A DNA stretch of 64,000 bases from Camelus dromedarius (Eukaryota): contig NC_087436.1 of NCBI RefSeq assembly GCF_036321535.1, positions 89,592,001 to 89,656,000 of the forward strand. Direction: 5' to 3'. Shown here in pieces: positions 1 through 13,312 of this stretch. Position numbers and translations under genes: made by a program. The notes below the pieces were generated by a model. That model saw only the letters and a program-made list of their open reading frames with translations. It made no database searches and was not told the origin of the DNA. Every line of letters begins with the position of its first letter. The first letter of the stretch is position 1.

Positions 1-440
1 CAGGCTGCTATGTTTGCTAGATTCTCATTCTTCATTAATGCAAGGGTGTTAGGTCTGATACAACATTTCTAGTCAACCATGTATCTTGAATACAACTCAC
101 CTTATGAATGAAAAATTATTTCTAATGTCCTTTATGCTAATTATACTATCTGATTTATATTTCTGTAGTTATATGTTAGGTGCATATGTAGCCATTCCTC
201 AAGTGTCCATTTCTGATTAGTGTATTTCAAATGATAACAGCCCTAGGCTGTAAACTTGAGATTATTTTATTCGCATGTATATTACACTATTTGTATTGAA
301 ACATTTTAAAAGTAAATCATTAGAGATTGTAAAAATATTTTTCAGTGTGGATGTGGTATAGTTATGTTTCTGCTTTTAAAAGATCACTTGTGAAGGAGGG
401 TTTAACAGATAGCACATACAGACCTATAGTGTGATACATG

Positions 441-980
441 ACATTAACACAATGAAAGATAAAAATCATATGATCATCTCAATAGATGCAGAAAAAGCAT
501 TTGACAAAATTCAAAATCCTTTCATAATAAAAACCTTCAAAACTGGATATAGAAAGAATGTAGCTCAACATAATAAAGGCCATGTATGACAAGCCCACAG
601 CTAACATCATACTCAGTGTTGAAAAGTTGAAAGCTTTTCCTCTGTGATCAGAAAATTTGCAAGAGTATACACACTTGCCACTTTTATTCAACATAGTGCT
701 GGAATTCCTAGTACTAGGTGCTAGTGCCTAGTGCTCTGAAAGTCCTAGCCGGAGCAATTAGGCAAGAAAAAATAAATCAATAAACACCATCCAAGCTGGA
801 AAGGAAGAAGTAAAGTGTCTCTGTTTGCAGATGACTTGATACTATATATAGAAAACCTATAGAATCCACCAAAAAACTTTTAGAACTAATAAACAACTTC
901 AAGTTGCTGGATATAAAATCAACATGTAAAAAACAGTTGCATTACTATACATTAATACTGAACTATCTGAAAAAGAAGTG
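441..980 (+). mobile_element. LINE-1 ORF2 fragment (reverse transcriptase region), decayed
   Basis: Translates to L1 ORF2 motifs [18 protein letters not shown] (~462-515) and SLFADDLILYIEN (~817-856, FADD catalytic motif), with frameshifts; small local CTAGTG-type expansion at 708-735. Confidence 0.92.
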
Positions 981-984
981 GTAT

Positions 985-1660
985 ATCAAATGTTTCAAGG
1001 GAGATGAAGTTATCAAAAATGATTTCTAAGTTTAACATGCTCAACTCCATTTGTGGAGGTGATGTTTACCGGGCTGGGGATTATTGGTAAAGACCAAGTT
1101 TGGGAGTGGAATGGCATTTAGGTCTTTTGATTTTGTAGACATCAGATTATCCTTGAATTATTTCTGAAAATCTTAGAATTTGAATTATCTTAGGAGAGAT
1201 GTTAAGAAGGCAGTTTAATGTATTGCCCTGGATCTAAGAAGAGGATTTATATATGGAGACATAATTTGGGAATCATCTAATCACCTATGATGATTAAGTT
1301 TATTAGTGTGACTAAGAATACCCAGAAAGAGAAAGAGCGTATAAAGTGAAAATAGAAAGAAACCCATGGCTAAGCCTTGAAGAACTATTTCATTAAGGAC
1401 CTGTTAGAGAAGGATGAGTTTGTAAAGAAGAAATAGCCATAAAATAGAAAGAAAATGAGGGGAATATTATAGAAGCTAATGGAAGAGAAGGTATCCAGAG
1501 AGATGCATCATTGGTGTTATTGTAGCTGAAGAGTCAAGAAAAGTGATTTAAATATGTCCATTTTAGGGACGGAGGGGCCATTATCGCTCTTTACAACATT
1601 TATTTATATAGAATGATGAGGTGGAAACTGGATGGAGTGCAAGAAGAATGAAGGGAAACT
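985..1660 (-). mobile_element. L2 (LINE-2) ancient fragment
   Basis: Purine-rich sequence resembling antisense L2 (ggagagatgttaagaaggcagtt..., ggagacataatttgggaatcatc); boundaries approximate. Confidence 0.55.
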
Positions 1661-4600
1661 CAGGAAATGTCCATGGTTCATTAATTATTGTTTGAAACTA
1701 AATCTGTTTTTCCATGGGATAGTGTACTTCTACACATTCTCATACTGTGTACAGTTCACTTAGTATAAATTGCTGTTTTGGCTTAAGGTATTTTTGTTGT
1801 TGTTCTGGAACTGTTTTCTTCAGTTATATACATGAATGTTTTAGGTAGGGAATCTCCAGCATCATCTAGCTGCTGAGTGTATGTTGTATAAATATTTTGG
1901 GGCTTTCCAATGTTTTGGCAGTTACCGTTTGCAGGCTCTTACATAACATATGACAGTGATTATAAGGCATACTTAAAGGGAATACCTTCATAATCTATCT
2001 TACATCCAGTGCTGGATGAAACGTTCCTATGAAGCATGGCGATGACTTACTTTCCCAGTATTAATTCCAAGATTTTGTTACTCTCTCTGGCTCTTTAATG
2101 TAAGTTATAAAGTTATAGGTGACACTGCAAAATCATGAACTCTGAAGTAAAAGCAAGAAATTGCTTCACTTTGGCTATTGTTAATTCAAAACACAGTTAG
2201 ATTCTAACTATCTTAATTCTGATTATTTTGTGTCTATCCAGCCTTAGAAATTGCCTACATTTGTTCTCAAAGACGTCTTTGAGGCTTATTTTGTCTATCC
2301 AGTCTTAGAAATTGCCAACATTTATTCTCAAAGTCTCTGCTATTATTTCTTAGTAGCATTAACAATAGATGTTTATGATGGTTACAATATGATGTTCAAT
2401 AAAGATGAAAATGTATTACAGAATTGGCAAAAGCCAGAAGGAGCTTTATTCCAATATGTTTATGTGCTACTATTACATGTGCTGTTGTTATGATTTTGAC
2501 ATTAAAGGAGATTCTCTTGATTTATACATGATTGGAGTTGAAGGTCACCTTTAAAGGGGAAGTGATTAAAAACTAAATTTTAGTCTTGATAGTTGGAGAA
2601 AAGCCCTTAAGAAACCTTTTCATCCCCATTCTTTTACATCTAGTTGTACTCACTTACAAACTTAGTTCATTCGTGCATTACTCCAGGAAACTCTTCATGA
2701 GATCTTTGGATGGGGAAGTTACCTCTTATTTTTGGTGGCATAGCATCCTGATCATATCTATTATAACACTTTTTACACTGAAACCTTATGATTTTCTGTC
2801 TGTCTCTCCCCACTGAGCATTCTTGGGAAGAATGGACCTTTTTCAGCCAGCTTTGTAACTCCAGTGTTTAGCAGGCTGCAGTCACATGATAGGAGCTTAA
2901 CTGAATCCTGTTTAAGCAACAAAATAATCACAATGCTATTTAAGGTTTTCTAGGGGATCTTTTCATTATGCAAAAACTTGAAAGGGCAGCTTTCAGTTCT
3001 GGAAATAAGTAGCAGAAAAAAGAGTGTTCATGTACCCATCCTCACACAGTCCTAATTGCTCCTTGTAGTGACTTCTCTACACCAGTAGAACACGTTTATT
3101 TGAAACTTTTGATGTAGAAACAAAATGTCAGAGATGGAAGAAATTAGAGAGAAGCTAGTCCATTGATCCCTGTTATTTAATGAATGAATCTCTGTGTTTC
3201 CACTCCCACTCCAATGGACCTGTAATTAGATCAGTTTTGTTTTTTCTTTCAGTATTGTGGTATTTATTTGTTTTTTGTTTTGTTTTGTTTTGGTTTTGAC
3301 CATTCAATATGCATTCCACCTTCTGGTAACGGCATCTGATTGCTTTTAGGAAGCCATCCATCTTCCATTCTCAGTCAATGTCCTGATTCTAGAGGAAGGC
3401 AAAGCATTCAGGTTCCATACCTGTTTCTATACTTAGATCTCTGTACCTCTTTTGTAACTAGCTTGCATTAGAAGAATATATACATATTTTTGAGTCTTCC
3501 TCAATTAAAATGTGAATCCAGGAAAGGAGTAGCTCAATCTATCTATTTATTCTCCCCTCCCCATTCTCCTATTTCTACCCATGTTCTTCTTCAACATATA
3601 TTTGTAGTACCAAGTCATGAATGACCAGTACCAAAAGATTACTATAAGCACTAAATGGCAATTTAAAGTGATGTCTCGGTCTTTCAAATCTTATGATTTA
3701 GATTCAACGAATGTGATAAAATACAGTATCTGTTTAATAAACTCATAGTTCTGGCATCAGCAATGGTTCAAATCTGTATAATTTATATGTGTAATGAAAA
3801 TTATGGCCTATTTGCATATAAATCTTACTTTTCCAATTAACAAATGTTCAAATTGTTAAATTATACTAATTTAGTTTAAGAATGCCCTTTTAGTCTGTGA
3901 AATGTTACACTCCATTAGATTAAAGAAAGAGAAACTGAAAGTAATGTCTTTGAAGCCAGAATTCCAACTGGAAATTTTAGAATTTCAAAAGAAGAATCTG
4001 TAGTCTGAATTTCTGTTGCATGTGTTTAGATGGATAACTTCCTTCAGAATTGCTTTCTTCTTTAGCCTTCTTCCCTCAGGGACTTAAACACTAAAATGAA
4101 ATGTCAGTTCACTAAAGCAAGCACCCTGCCCCAAGGTTTGGCAAAGTGCATTCTATCTTACTGTTTCTTCTAAAGCATCTACAAGGGGAAAAAAAAAAAA
4201 AATCAGTTTACCAAAGTCAGCCCCTCTGGCCAAAGTCTTTTCACTTCCAAATAATGCATCCTAAATGGAAGAGAGAGAGAAAAAAAAAAAAAAATAAATA
4301 AAACGTCAACATCTTATTAAAAGTTTTTGAAAAGTTTCCAAAATTTTATGAAAGTGAAAAGAAAAAAATATGCTTAAAGACAGACCTGGTCTGGTAAAAC
4401 AGCTTGACAAGTGATCACAGTAACCACTTCAGGACTGAGAAGTGCTCTTCTCATCAAATGGAATTTCTCTGCAAAGGCCCATTAAGTTTCCCAGGTGATG
4501 GCAATGACAAAAGTCTTACTTTTAAAGATTTTATTTACAGATATGTTTTTAGCAGAGTTCAGGAGGGCAGAGATTGTCCAAATTGGAAATTTAAAAAATC

Positions 4601-7477
4601 TGGAGTTTTCAGAAACAAGGAGGAAAGGGTTATTTTGTAGTACTAAATATTTCAATCTGAATTTGGATTTGATCAAAATTAACTTCTGGAGTACACCGTT
4701 ACTGGCCTAATTTCTGGTTAGCCACTGAAAACAATTTTTGTTAAAAATGGAAACACTTGGTAAATGGGTCTTTCAAAATTAAATTGATACCTAAAAGTTA
4801 AATATTTTAATTTTTTCTTTATTTTTATGTAAATATGTCAGTGACATACTTAGATTAAAGACAGAAATGCCTTGTGCATTTTCATTTCAAGATTTAAATG
4901 AAAGTTTCAATATGCACTGAGGAGTCATTGATGCAAGTCTAATGGCCACTGCAGAATCATAGAGCATTTAGTGAATAAAGGTAGGTGGGGAGGGGAGTAA
5001 GACATCTGCACAAATATTAAAACTGCAGAAGTTAGAATCACATAATGAAGGCTAACGTTAATTGCTATGAGGGTTGTTAAGATACTGCAGGCTTATCACA
5101 CACTCCATACTCCCTGAGTCATATGTCACAAGTCCCCACAAGGAAGTGATTTGGTTTGTGAAATGCCTCCTAGAACTATTAAACCATTTAAGATGAGTGC
5201 AATGATGTAACAGCATTGAGAACACAGAGACATCCTTTCAAGTGTATGGTGGAAAACACTAATATGGAGATAGGCTCTGGGGGGGAAAAACATGGGATGT
5301 TAGGTAACTTCGGAAAGCACCGCGTGGCATCCCTCTCAGAGAATCACTGTGTGCATCAGCACCACAGAGGCTAGAGAAGTACTTCAATTAAAAAAAAAAA
5401 TTTGACTTTGTTACCACGTATTCCCCAACCATAGATGAGGCTGAAGCCCGTTTTGTTAGTAACACCCACTAGCATCAAACAGAACTAATGAAATAGGCAC
5501 CTCTTAGGGGAATACAGATAGAAGGGCACTTTAGGACTGGAATCTGTGTCAAGCTAATTAAGCTAAAAGGTAAATTATGTATTCCATTCACTGGAATGAA
5601 ATATTCTTCCATTAAAGTTAATAAAATAAAAACTCACATTCCACTTCATACATCAAGGTCTGAGAGTTCCATTGGTGTGAGGTGGATCCTCAAAGGCTGT
5701 CACTTTTAGGTGCCTTTGCAAAGGAATTGTGGTCTGGCTCTGCAAAGCCAAGCACTGGATGCAGAAATATGAAGACTGCAGAAGTTAGGGACTGGCACAT
5801 TTAAAAACTTTAATTGGGTGAATTGTCCAAGTTCAAGTCCTTATCATTACTCATTATCATTTGCATCATTCCCCTGCAGACTCTTCCCCCACACCACAGT
5901 AATGTCTAAGAGGCAAATCTGACCCCGTAACTCATGTTCCTAATGTCTTTCATTGGCTCCATATTGTTTTCTGGAAACAATATTGAAAGTTTCTAGAATG
6001 TACTTATAACCACAATCTCTTTTCCAAGATTAAGTTGGAGAAATGCTGTGCATTTATCCAGGTGTTTTGATCTGCTGGATCCACTGAAATACGAAGTACT
6101 CTTCTAGCTGGACCAGACTACACAACAATCTATGAGCCATGGGATGCAGTTAATATAAAATCTTTTGAGAGGAAGCACAGTGGCCCCCTTTCTAACACTT
6201 AGCACATTGCTTGAAATAACAAGGTTACATATTTCCAATGTTTGAAATAGATTGTAATGTAAACATAGCCTGGATATCCACTTTAAGGAAATTTGCTGGG
6301 CCTACTAAAGTTTAATAGAAAACACAAAAAGAATTATTGCATGATCATGCTTTTGACTTGCAGTGGGCATGGAGAAAAGCCCCCAGCCTGTTACTGTTTT
6401 GTTCTCTTACACGTAGCTATCAGGAAGGGAGAAAAACAAATATAGCTGAAAGTACTTTGTGACTAAAGAAAACGTAATGGGGGCTTAATGTGTGAACAGC
6501 ATTAATGTAATTAGGTTCATAAAAGGAATTGCCTAAATGAGCGCTGAGATTATTCCCAGGATGGACGTTATTGAGTGCTTTCAGTCTCCTATATAGGATA
6601 GAGGCGGTCTGTGCATTTGGACCGTGGGGAGACTGTGACGGACAGTACATAGCTTACAGCCCTGCACTCTTCAGGCAACATGTGCCATTCGAGGACATCA
6701 GCTCACAAGCTGTCCACTCTGTCATGTCTCCCTCCTGGCATAATAACCCACCACTGTAATCTGTCTTTTTATTTGTTCGGGTAACGGCCATTTCTGTAAC
6801 TTTTTAGGCTTAATAAAGTGACATAGTCCACAGCCTTAAGCAAATGGCTGTCCATCCATCAGTTCAGTGAACTCAGGAGGTGATACCATTACGTATGAAA
6901 CAGAAGTATTACTCAGCATTTCCACCAACAGCATTGCTTCATGCAGGGTTCCCAGAATTTCTGTTCCAAAAAGGCTAAAGGCTTAAGGAGTCGTGATGGG
7001 AGACACTGCACCATGTAGACTGAATCCCTCCTGGAGTTGCCTTGTCTTCTGAGGAATACATAAATGAAGGGAAGACACTGCAGGTTATATGCATTTTCAT
7101 TTCAAGAAGATTGCCTTTTTACTGTTTCTTATTTTGTGTCAATATTCTGAAGCTATAAAAGCAGAGCAGAAATAAAAACAGGTGGAAATAAAGGTGTTAC
7201 AGTTGAGTGATGGAGTCTAGGAGCCTTAGCTTTGAAAGTGTCTCATACCTTACACAGCAGAACGCCCTTGTTACTAGTGCTTTTAATGTTTTTAAATGCT
7301 GCCAGTTGTTTCTGTTGACTAACTTGTTCTCGGGGGGCCCCTGTAACTCTTTCAGGTCACTCAGGTACTGCTTTCTAAATTACCAGGGTGGCGAATTCAA
7401 TTACTATTGTACTCTTTCAGTGGCCTAGAAGAATAAATGGTCTTCCTAACATGTTTTTCTCTTTAGGAAGGTCTAGA

Positions 7478-7760
7478 GTGTTAGAGCTGGATAGGACCTT
7501 AGAGATTATCTGATTTAGTGTTCCATAAACTTGTCTGATGAGAACTTGTTAAAAAATATAGACTCTCAGGCCACCCCTCTCCCCCGAATACTCTGTTACA
7601 GTATGTTTGGCTGGAGTCCAGGAATCTTACATTTTGTAACGAAGATTCCAAATGACTGAGGATCAGGCAGGTTTGGGAAAAGCCAAATTAGTCCCACTTT
7701 TTAATTTTATGGATGAGGAAGCAGATGCCTAGATAGATTAAGTGATTAATCTAGGTTGTA
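7478..7760. mobile_element. MIR-family SINE interrupted by a MER5-type hAT-Charlie MITE (~7518-7682)
   Basis: MIR-like ends (ttagagctggataggaccttagagattatctg ... attttatggatgaggaagcagatgcctaga) flank a MER5-like core (cttgttaaaaaatatagactctcaggcc...ggagtccaggaatc...caggtttgggaaa). Confidence 0.6.
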
Positions 7761-7940
7761 CTGTACAACATTTTAAAAACTGAGATTAGTTCAGGGAAAA
7801 AAATACATTGATGGGCAACTTTCATGCACTCCACGGTAGGGAATGTATGTTCTTAGAATGTAAGCCTCTGTATTGAATAGAACAATGTCATTTAGAAGAT
7901 TGTGGGAGAAGTGACAAGAGACACTTTGCACTGTATATAA

Positions 7941-8154
7941 CAGTGGTTCTCAATAGGGAATGACTTTGCTCCCCAAGGGACATTTGATAATGTCTGGAGA
8001 TAGATTTTTGGTGTCACAACTGAGGAGGTACTACTGGTATGTAGTCTATGGAGACAGGGATGCTACTAAATACCCTGCAGTGCACAGGACATCCCCCAAC
8101 AACAGAGAATTACTTGGATCAAAATGTCAATAGTATCCAGGTTGGGAAACCCTG
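7941..8154 (+). mobile_element. MER20 (hAT-Charlie non-autonomous DNA transposon)
   Basis: Terminal inverted repeats cagtggttctcaa ... ttgggaaaccctg; internal ggacatttgataatgtctggaga and caaaatgtcaatagt match recalled MER20 consensus. Confidence 0.88.
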
Positions 8155-11100
8155 TGATTCATTTAATTGCTTCTTGAGCATCATCTCCCTGTGGGATTTC
8201 TAATAGTACTAAATGGGCATATTTGAGAAATAGGATGCAGTTTCCAATTTTCTTCCTGAAATTAGATAGAAAGCCCTGTATCAAAGCTAAGCAGGTCATT
8301 TATTGGTCTGGGTTAGGCTATACTTAGACTGAATGAAATTGATTTTTTTTTTCTTTAGGACCAACCAGTAAATCCTTTTAGGATTCCTCCTCTTTTTTCT
8401 GCTCAGGTAGCTAGACCTGTCATTCCGAGCACACCTCAATTATATCTGCTTTGACCTTGCTGCATTCTATACCTAGATTGCCCAAACTCTAATTTCCTGG
8501 GATCAGCTAAAAGTTGCAGTGTCAATGTCTGCTGATTTTTAGCAGAAATTGCAACAGAGTTTTTGGTCATAATCTTAACCAAGAGGCTAAGTGAATGGAA
8601 TACACAATTTACTTAGAGTAACTTATTTTCCAAATCAGTATGACTTTTTCCCTAATATATCTCAATTCTATCTCCTTTCTCTCTCTGTTATCAGTACTTA
8701 ATTCAGGTCTTCATCATCTTTTTAATGAACCATTGAAATAAACCCTTAACTGACCTCTTAGCTCTTCTGCCACTTACTTTTGCCATCTTCTTACCCTTTC
8801 TTCACCTAACCTATCTTTGTAAAGTGCTTTTTTCCTCATCTTAACCTTTTCCTGATTAAACCAATCAGTGGTTTCTCCTCACCAATAAGAATGTTTCCCA
8901 AACTCAGATTACATATAGCATGTTTGCTTGTTTGTTTGTTTGTTTCACATATGGCATGTTTTTTAAAGAGGAAACACATTATTTCATCTCAACTTGTACT
9001 ACCTTAAATTAATTTATTATAAAAGCACTTATATGTGTGTGAACATAAAATCAAATTCATTATGTTTAAAGCTAATACAATTATGGAACCAAAATATATT
9101 TTCATATTAAAAAATGAACCAAACTGTACAACAGAAGAATATTCAAATTTGCATATTAATTCAGTTATGACAGTTAATATTGTCCTGAAACTGTAACATT
9201 GCTTTCAGTGGCCTTAAGTTCTTGTATTTTCAAATGCTTTGCTATATAAATAGGCTGTGGCTTGACTCCATTTGTCTAAGTATTTGTTCTGCTCTGGCAT
9301 GAACACATTACTTAAATATAAAAGCTGCCTCCATTCTTTTCACATTAGCCCAGGACAGATAAATGTATACTAGTGCAACCAAAATGCAGAACAAAGATAA
9401 CACGGGTAGTAGAAATCGATAAGCTATACCAGCCAGATCTCATATTATTTTCTTATGTTCCTTTTTAATATTATGAAGCTAAAAAACACAGAATTAAGAA
9501 TTGTCATTGTTAACTACAGAAAAGGCTTTGCGTGTGAGCACTGTTTTCTCTACAGTGGGAAGCAATGACCTACGGAATTGAGTTCAAATGCCATGTTACG
9601 GCATAGGATGTCCTCAGCGTGCTGCTGTCCTTTCCTCCTCCCTCCGGGCTCATCTGTGGGCATTTGCTGCTTCAACACTTACTACTTAGTGTTACTCATC
9701 AGGCTGCCCGCACACGTACTATTCCAGCTCTCTGTGCTTTTGCTTTTGCTATTAGGTCTACATTTTCTTCCCAACCAGTTTTGTTTTTTTATATTTCTTA
9801 TTCATCCTTCAAGATCTAGCCAACTTGTCGTTTCCTCTAAAACCATTCCTTGAACCTCAGGTTGAAACGTACCTCTCCTCCCTGTGCTCTTCTTTGGCCT
9901 GTCTCCTCCCTTATAACAGTGCTGTGTTCATCCCCTCTCTCCACCATAAGCTACCGTAAGAGTAGGGGTGATAGCACTGGGACCCACCCCAGGCCCTGCC
10001 ACACCACTCATCACTCCATAAATGTATAGTAAACTGAAGTGAACCGTTTTCAACTAAGGACCCATCTCTGGTAACCATGCTAGTTTTATGTTTGTTTTGT
10101 GTGTTTGTCTGTTTGTTTCCAATGCTCAGGATGGAATATACTTTAAGAAAACATGATGCAGTTGAAAAATGCACTGGATTTAGAATCAGGACTTGAGTTC
10201 AAGTCTTGTCCTGACTTTTATTCTTGTGTGTAAAATGGAGATAAATCATCACCATCTTGCACTGTTTTTGCAGATGTGCAAAATTCTGGTATGATGTCTG
10301 GCAAACAGGTGTATATATTCAATAAACATTAGTTTCCTTCCTGCATTATGGCTTTACTTCTTTTTATGGCCTTCCGTGATTTAAAATTATTATTGTTACC
10401 AGTGAAGCTTCAAATCTATATACCTCTTTATCGCAGTTAGATTGAAGTATTTGTTATTTTTCCTGAACTGAGCTTCAACATTATGGTATAAAATAGATGA
10501 GACAGTCAATCTTTCCTTTTCATCCTCATAGGATACTTCACTCCCTTTAACTATTTATATTTATTCAGAGCATATTTCTTTTTTTATTGCCACAGGCATG
10601 AGAGAACCTCTACTTTGTTCTTATTGCCTAGAGAAATCTGTCTTCTTCCATCTCTTTGTAGTCTGTTTTCATCAGAAAGCATCTACTTTGAGAAACATTT
10701 TCTTTACCTGCACTACATTACTGAATTTCCTTTTTTATGCTTTTATATGGATATTAGAATCTATAACTTCAGTTCTTTGGATAATAGGCTTAAGGCTCTT
10801 CAATAACGTAATATTTATTGTAGAAATAAGTCATGTGGAGTTCAGCGAGATGGAAAATTTCTTTAATCAGTGGGTTACTAGCTCTTACATGTGTTTTATA
10901 AACAAAAGTAGATAAAAGGCAGATATGAAGGCAACTGAGACGGATGTAGCTAATGCTGACAAGGAAAAACAAAAAAAGGAATGAAAAGACTGCAGTTTGC
11001 TTATTATAGGATGAAATGCCAACTACTAACTACAGAAGGAGTTCCTAATAGAAAATTCTTAGTAATGGACACTTATTGGTACAAGCAAATTCAGACTAGA

Positions 11101-12069
11101 TAGAAAAGAACAGCTTCACAGAGGTGAGAATAGCCAAAGAATGAACTAAGCTACAAAGGGATGCAGTCAGTGTCACTAGAGACAATGTATCTGACTTTCA
11201 ACTTAGCGTGAGGATAGGAATAATGAACTCAGTTTGTCATAAAGCAGCAGGCATGGGTTGATGACCCACAAGAGATCCCTATTATCACAAATTATTCTCT
11301 GGTTCTGTACCTTCCTAAAGACCAAAAGCTCTGTGTGGCACAAGTGCTTTTGTATTGGATTAAGGCTGCACCTGTCATACTCTGATCCATTTCACCTTCA
11401 ACCAGCTCTCTGAATTCAATTCAGATTAAAACTAGTGCCTTTTGGTGGAGAGATTCATGACTAACAGGAAAAAAAAAAAAAACTTTGAGTGTTTGGAACC
11501 TCAGAGGAAATGCATTTGGTTCTTTTTTTTTTGCCCTGTTTGTCACAATCACGAAGAGTACCACTTTACCATCTGGTAGGAAATAAAAGAAAACCTTAGG
11601 GTCTTGTTTTCTAAGTTGGGAATAAAATCATTTCAGTTGGCAAATCTCAGTGAACAGTTATAAGTTTTCAAGTACTGACCTCAGGCCCTTTTGTAGCTTT
11701 GTTGCCTGCATTTGGGCCACAGTTAACATATGTCATTGCTGGAGACTGAGCACTGTTTGACAGCCTGCACAAAGAAGAGGAATTGACAGAACTCATCCAT
11801 GTTATTCTGCTTCTAGATCTCTTGCTCAGTATAACTATTTGTTTAAAAAATATAAATTAGGGCTATTAGGATATGTGCATCTGATTTCATGATTTGAGGC
11901 TTACTCTCAGTTGGTTTTAACTTCTTATGAGGATACCAGACTTCATTCATATCTCAGATTGGTTCAAAAATGTTCATTCTACACTTTTGTGTCATCTACT
12001 GTGTATGCAAAATACATCCTTTGCTCTTGAAGATTTTTCAGACTATCGGAGGAGAATGTAAAGATAATT

Positions 12070-12307
12070 CCTCAAGAGAATGATAAGACAAGCCACAGGC
12101 TGGAAGCAAATATTTGCAAAAGGCATATATGATAAAGGACTGTTATGAAGGTTCATTGATTGTAATAAATGTAACAAATGTGCTGCTCTGGTCCAGGATG
12201 GAGAAGGCATACAGGTGTGGAGTCAGGATGTCTATGGGGACTCTACTCTCCATTCAGTTTTGTTGTGAACCTAAAACTATTCTAAAAGTAAAGTCTGTTT
12301 TTAAAAA
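12070..12307 (+). mobile_element. L1MC-type LINE-1 3' fragment with internal deletion
   Basis: ORF2-like agacaagccacaggctggaagcaaatatttgcaaa joined at ~12148 to L1MC 3' end (ttttgttgtgaacctaaaactattctaaaa). Confidence 0.7.
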
Positions 12308-12719
12308 TGATGAAGCCAGTGCATCATGTTAAATGCTATGGAAGAAAGATTATAAGCAGTGTAGAAGCCCAGAGAAGAAGGGCTTATTCAAGCCTAGGGA
12401 GGTTTGAAGAAGACTTTGTAGAAGTAGTGACTTCTAGACGGGGATTTAAAAGGCAAGTAGAGTTTTACCTGTAGGAAGGTACAAGACAAGAATTACAGGT
12501 AGAGATAGAGAAGTGAGGGTGAGGGAGTAGGGGAAGGGGATTAAAAGGAATACAGGAAATTGGCAAGAGGACGAGGAGGTATGACATACCCTGTGAATCC
12601 CTTGTAATTCTGACTGAAACCGGAGATTTTAGTAGACACGTAGGTCATCGGACTATTGGGGCATGTTGGAAATTTTAGCCACTGTAGCCATTTTATCAGC
12701 CAGACATTGTCTCAGTTTG

Positions 12720-12845
12720 CCATTGAAGAAACTAAGGTAAAGAGAGGTAAGCTAACTGTCCAAGTTCATATAGCTAATCAGTGACAGAGCTGAGCCTCAG
12801 ATCCAGACATCTGTGATATCAAAACTCACGTCCCTGGCCACACTG
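12720..12845 (-). mobile_element. MIR SINE fragment just upstream of the COX7B2 coding exon
   Basis: gaagaaactaaggtaaagagaggtaagctaactgtccaagttcatatagctaatcagtgacagagctgag matches the antisense MIR core. Confidence 0.75.
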
Positions 12846-12884
12846 TAAGGAGTGGTGTGGGTGAAACTGAATGTAGATCAGATG

Positions 12885-12910
12885 TCATTGCCTGTCTTTT
12901 GTTTTTCCAG
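12885..12910 (+). promoter_or_regulatory. COX7B2: 3' splice acceptor of the COX7B2 coding exon
   Basis: Polypyrimidine tract cctgtcttttgtttttcCAG|G, 60 nt upstream of the ATG. Confidence 0.75.
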
Positions 12911-12970
12911 GTTTCTTTGCAAGGAAATAGACCAGAAACTTCAGTCAACTGCAATTCTATCACATCTTCC

Positions 12971-13216
12971 ATGATGTTTCCCTTGGTCAGAAATGCACTA
13001 AGTAGTCTGAAGATTCAAAGCATTCAGCAAATTAGGGGAAGACAGAGCCACTCCAAACAGTCACCAGATTTTCATGACAAATATGGTAATATTCTGCTAG
13101 CCGGTGGAGCCACTTTCTGTCTTGTTGCATGGGTGTTTACAACCACACAGATTGGAATAAAATGGAACCTGTCCCCTGTTGGCAGAGTCACTCCAAGAGC
13201 GTGGAATGATGAGTAA
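12971..13216 (+). CDS. COX7B2: Cytochrome c oxidase subunit 7B2, mitochondrial (testis-type COX7B paralogue), 81 aa, intronless CDS
   Basis: MMFPLVRNALSSLKIQSIQQ...SPDFHDKYGN...TQIGIKWNLSPVGRVTP; COX7B family motifs PDFHDKYGN and WNLSPVGRVTP; the MMFPL.RNALSSLKIQSI N-terminus is COX7B2-like; intact ORF, upstream acceptor, downstream AATAAA. Confidence 0.93.
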   Translation: MMFPLVRNALSSLKIQSIQQIRGRQSHSKQSPDFHDKYGNILLAGGATFCLVAWVFTTTQIGIKWNLSPVGRVTPRAWNDE

Positions 13217-13306
13217 CCATCAAAGTTACTGTAATACAGAGTTGTTTCAAAATCAACTTGTCATTTAAGTACACTGTTGCTCATTTACATACAGCGTAAT
13301 TGAAGA

Positions 13307-13312
13307 AATAAA
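13307..13312 (+). terminator. COX7B2: Polyadenylation signal AATAAA of COX7B2
   Basis: Canonical AATAAA about 90 nt after the stop codon. Confidence 0.75.

Noticed and set aside
5355..5376. Possible REST/NRSE site (TCAGCACCac...), attractive near GABA-A receptor genes
   Set aside because: Only the left half matches; the right half is AGAGGC rather than GGACAG, and the context looks like an old DNA-transposon fragment.
12857..12970. N-terminally extended 119-aa COX7B2 ORF in the ORF track
   Set aside because: Starts at a GTG and crosses the polypyrimidine tract/acceptor (12885-12910), so it is intronic; family homology starts at ATG 12971.
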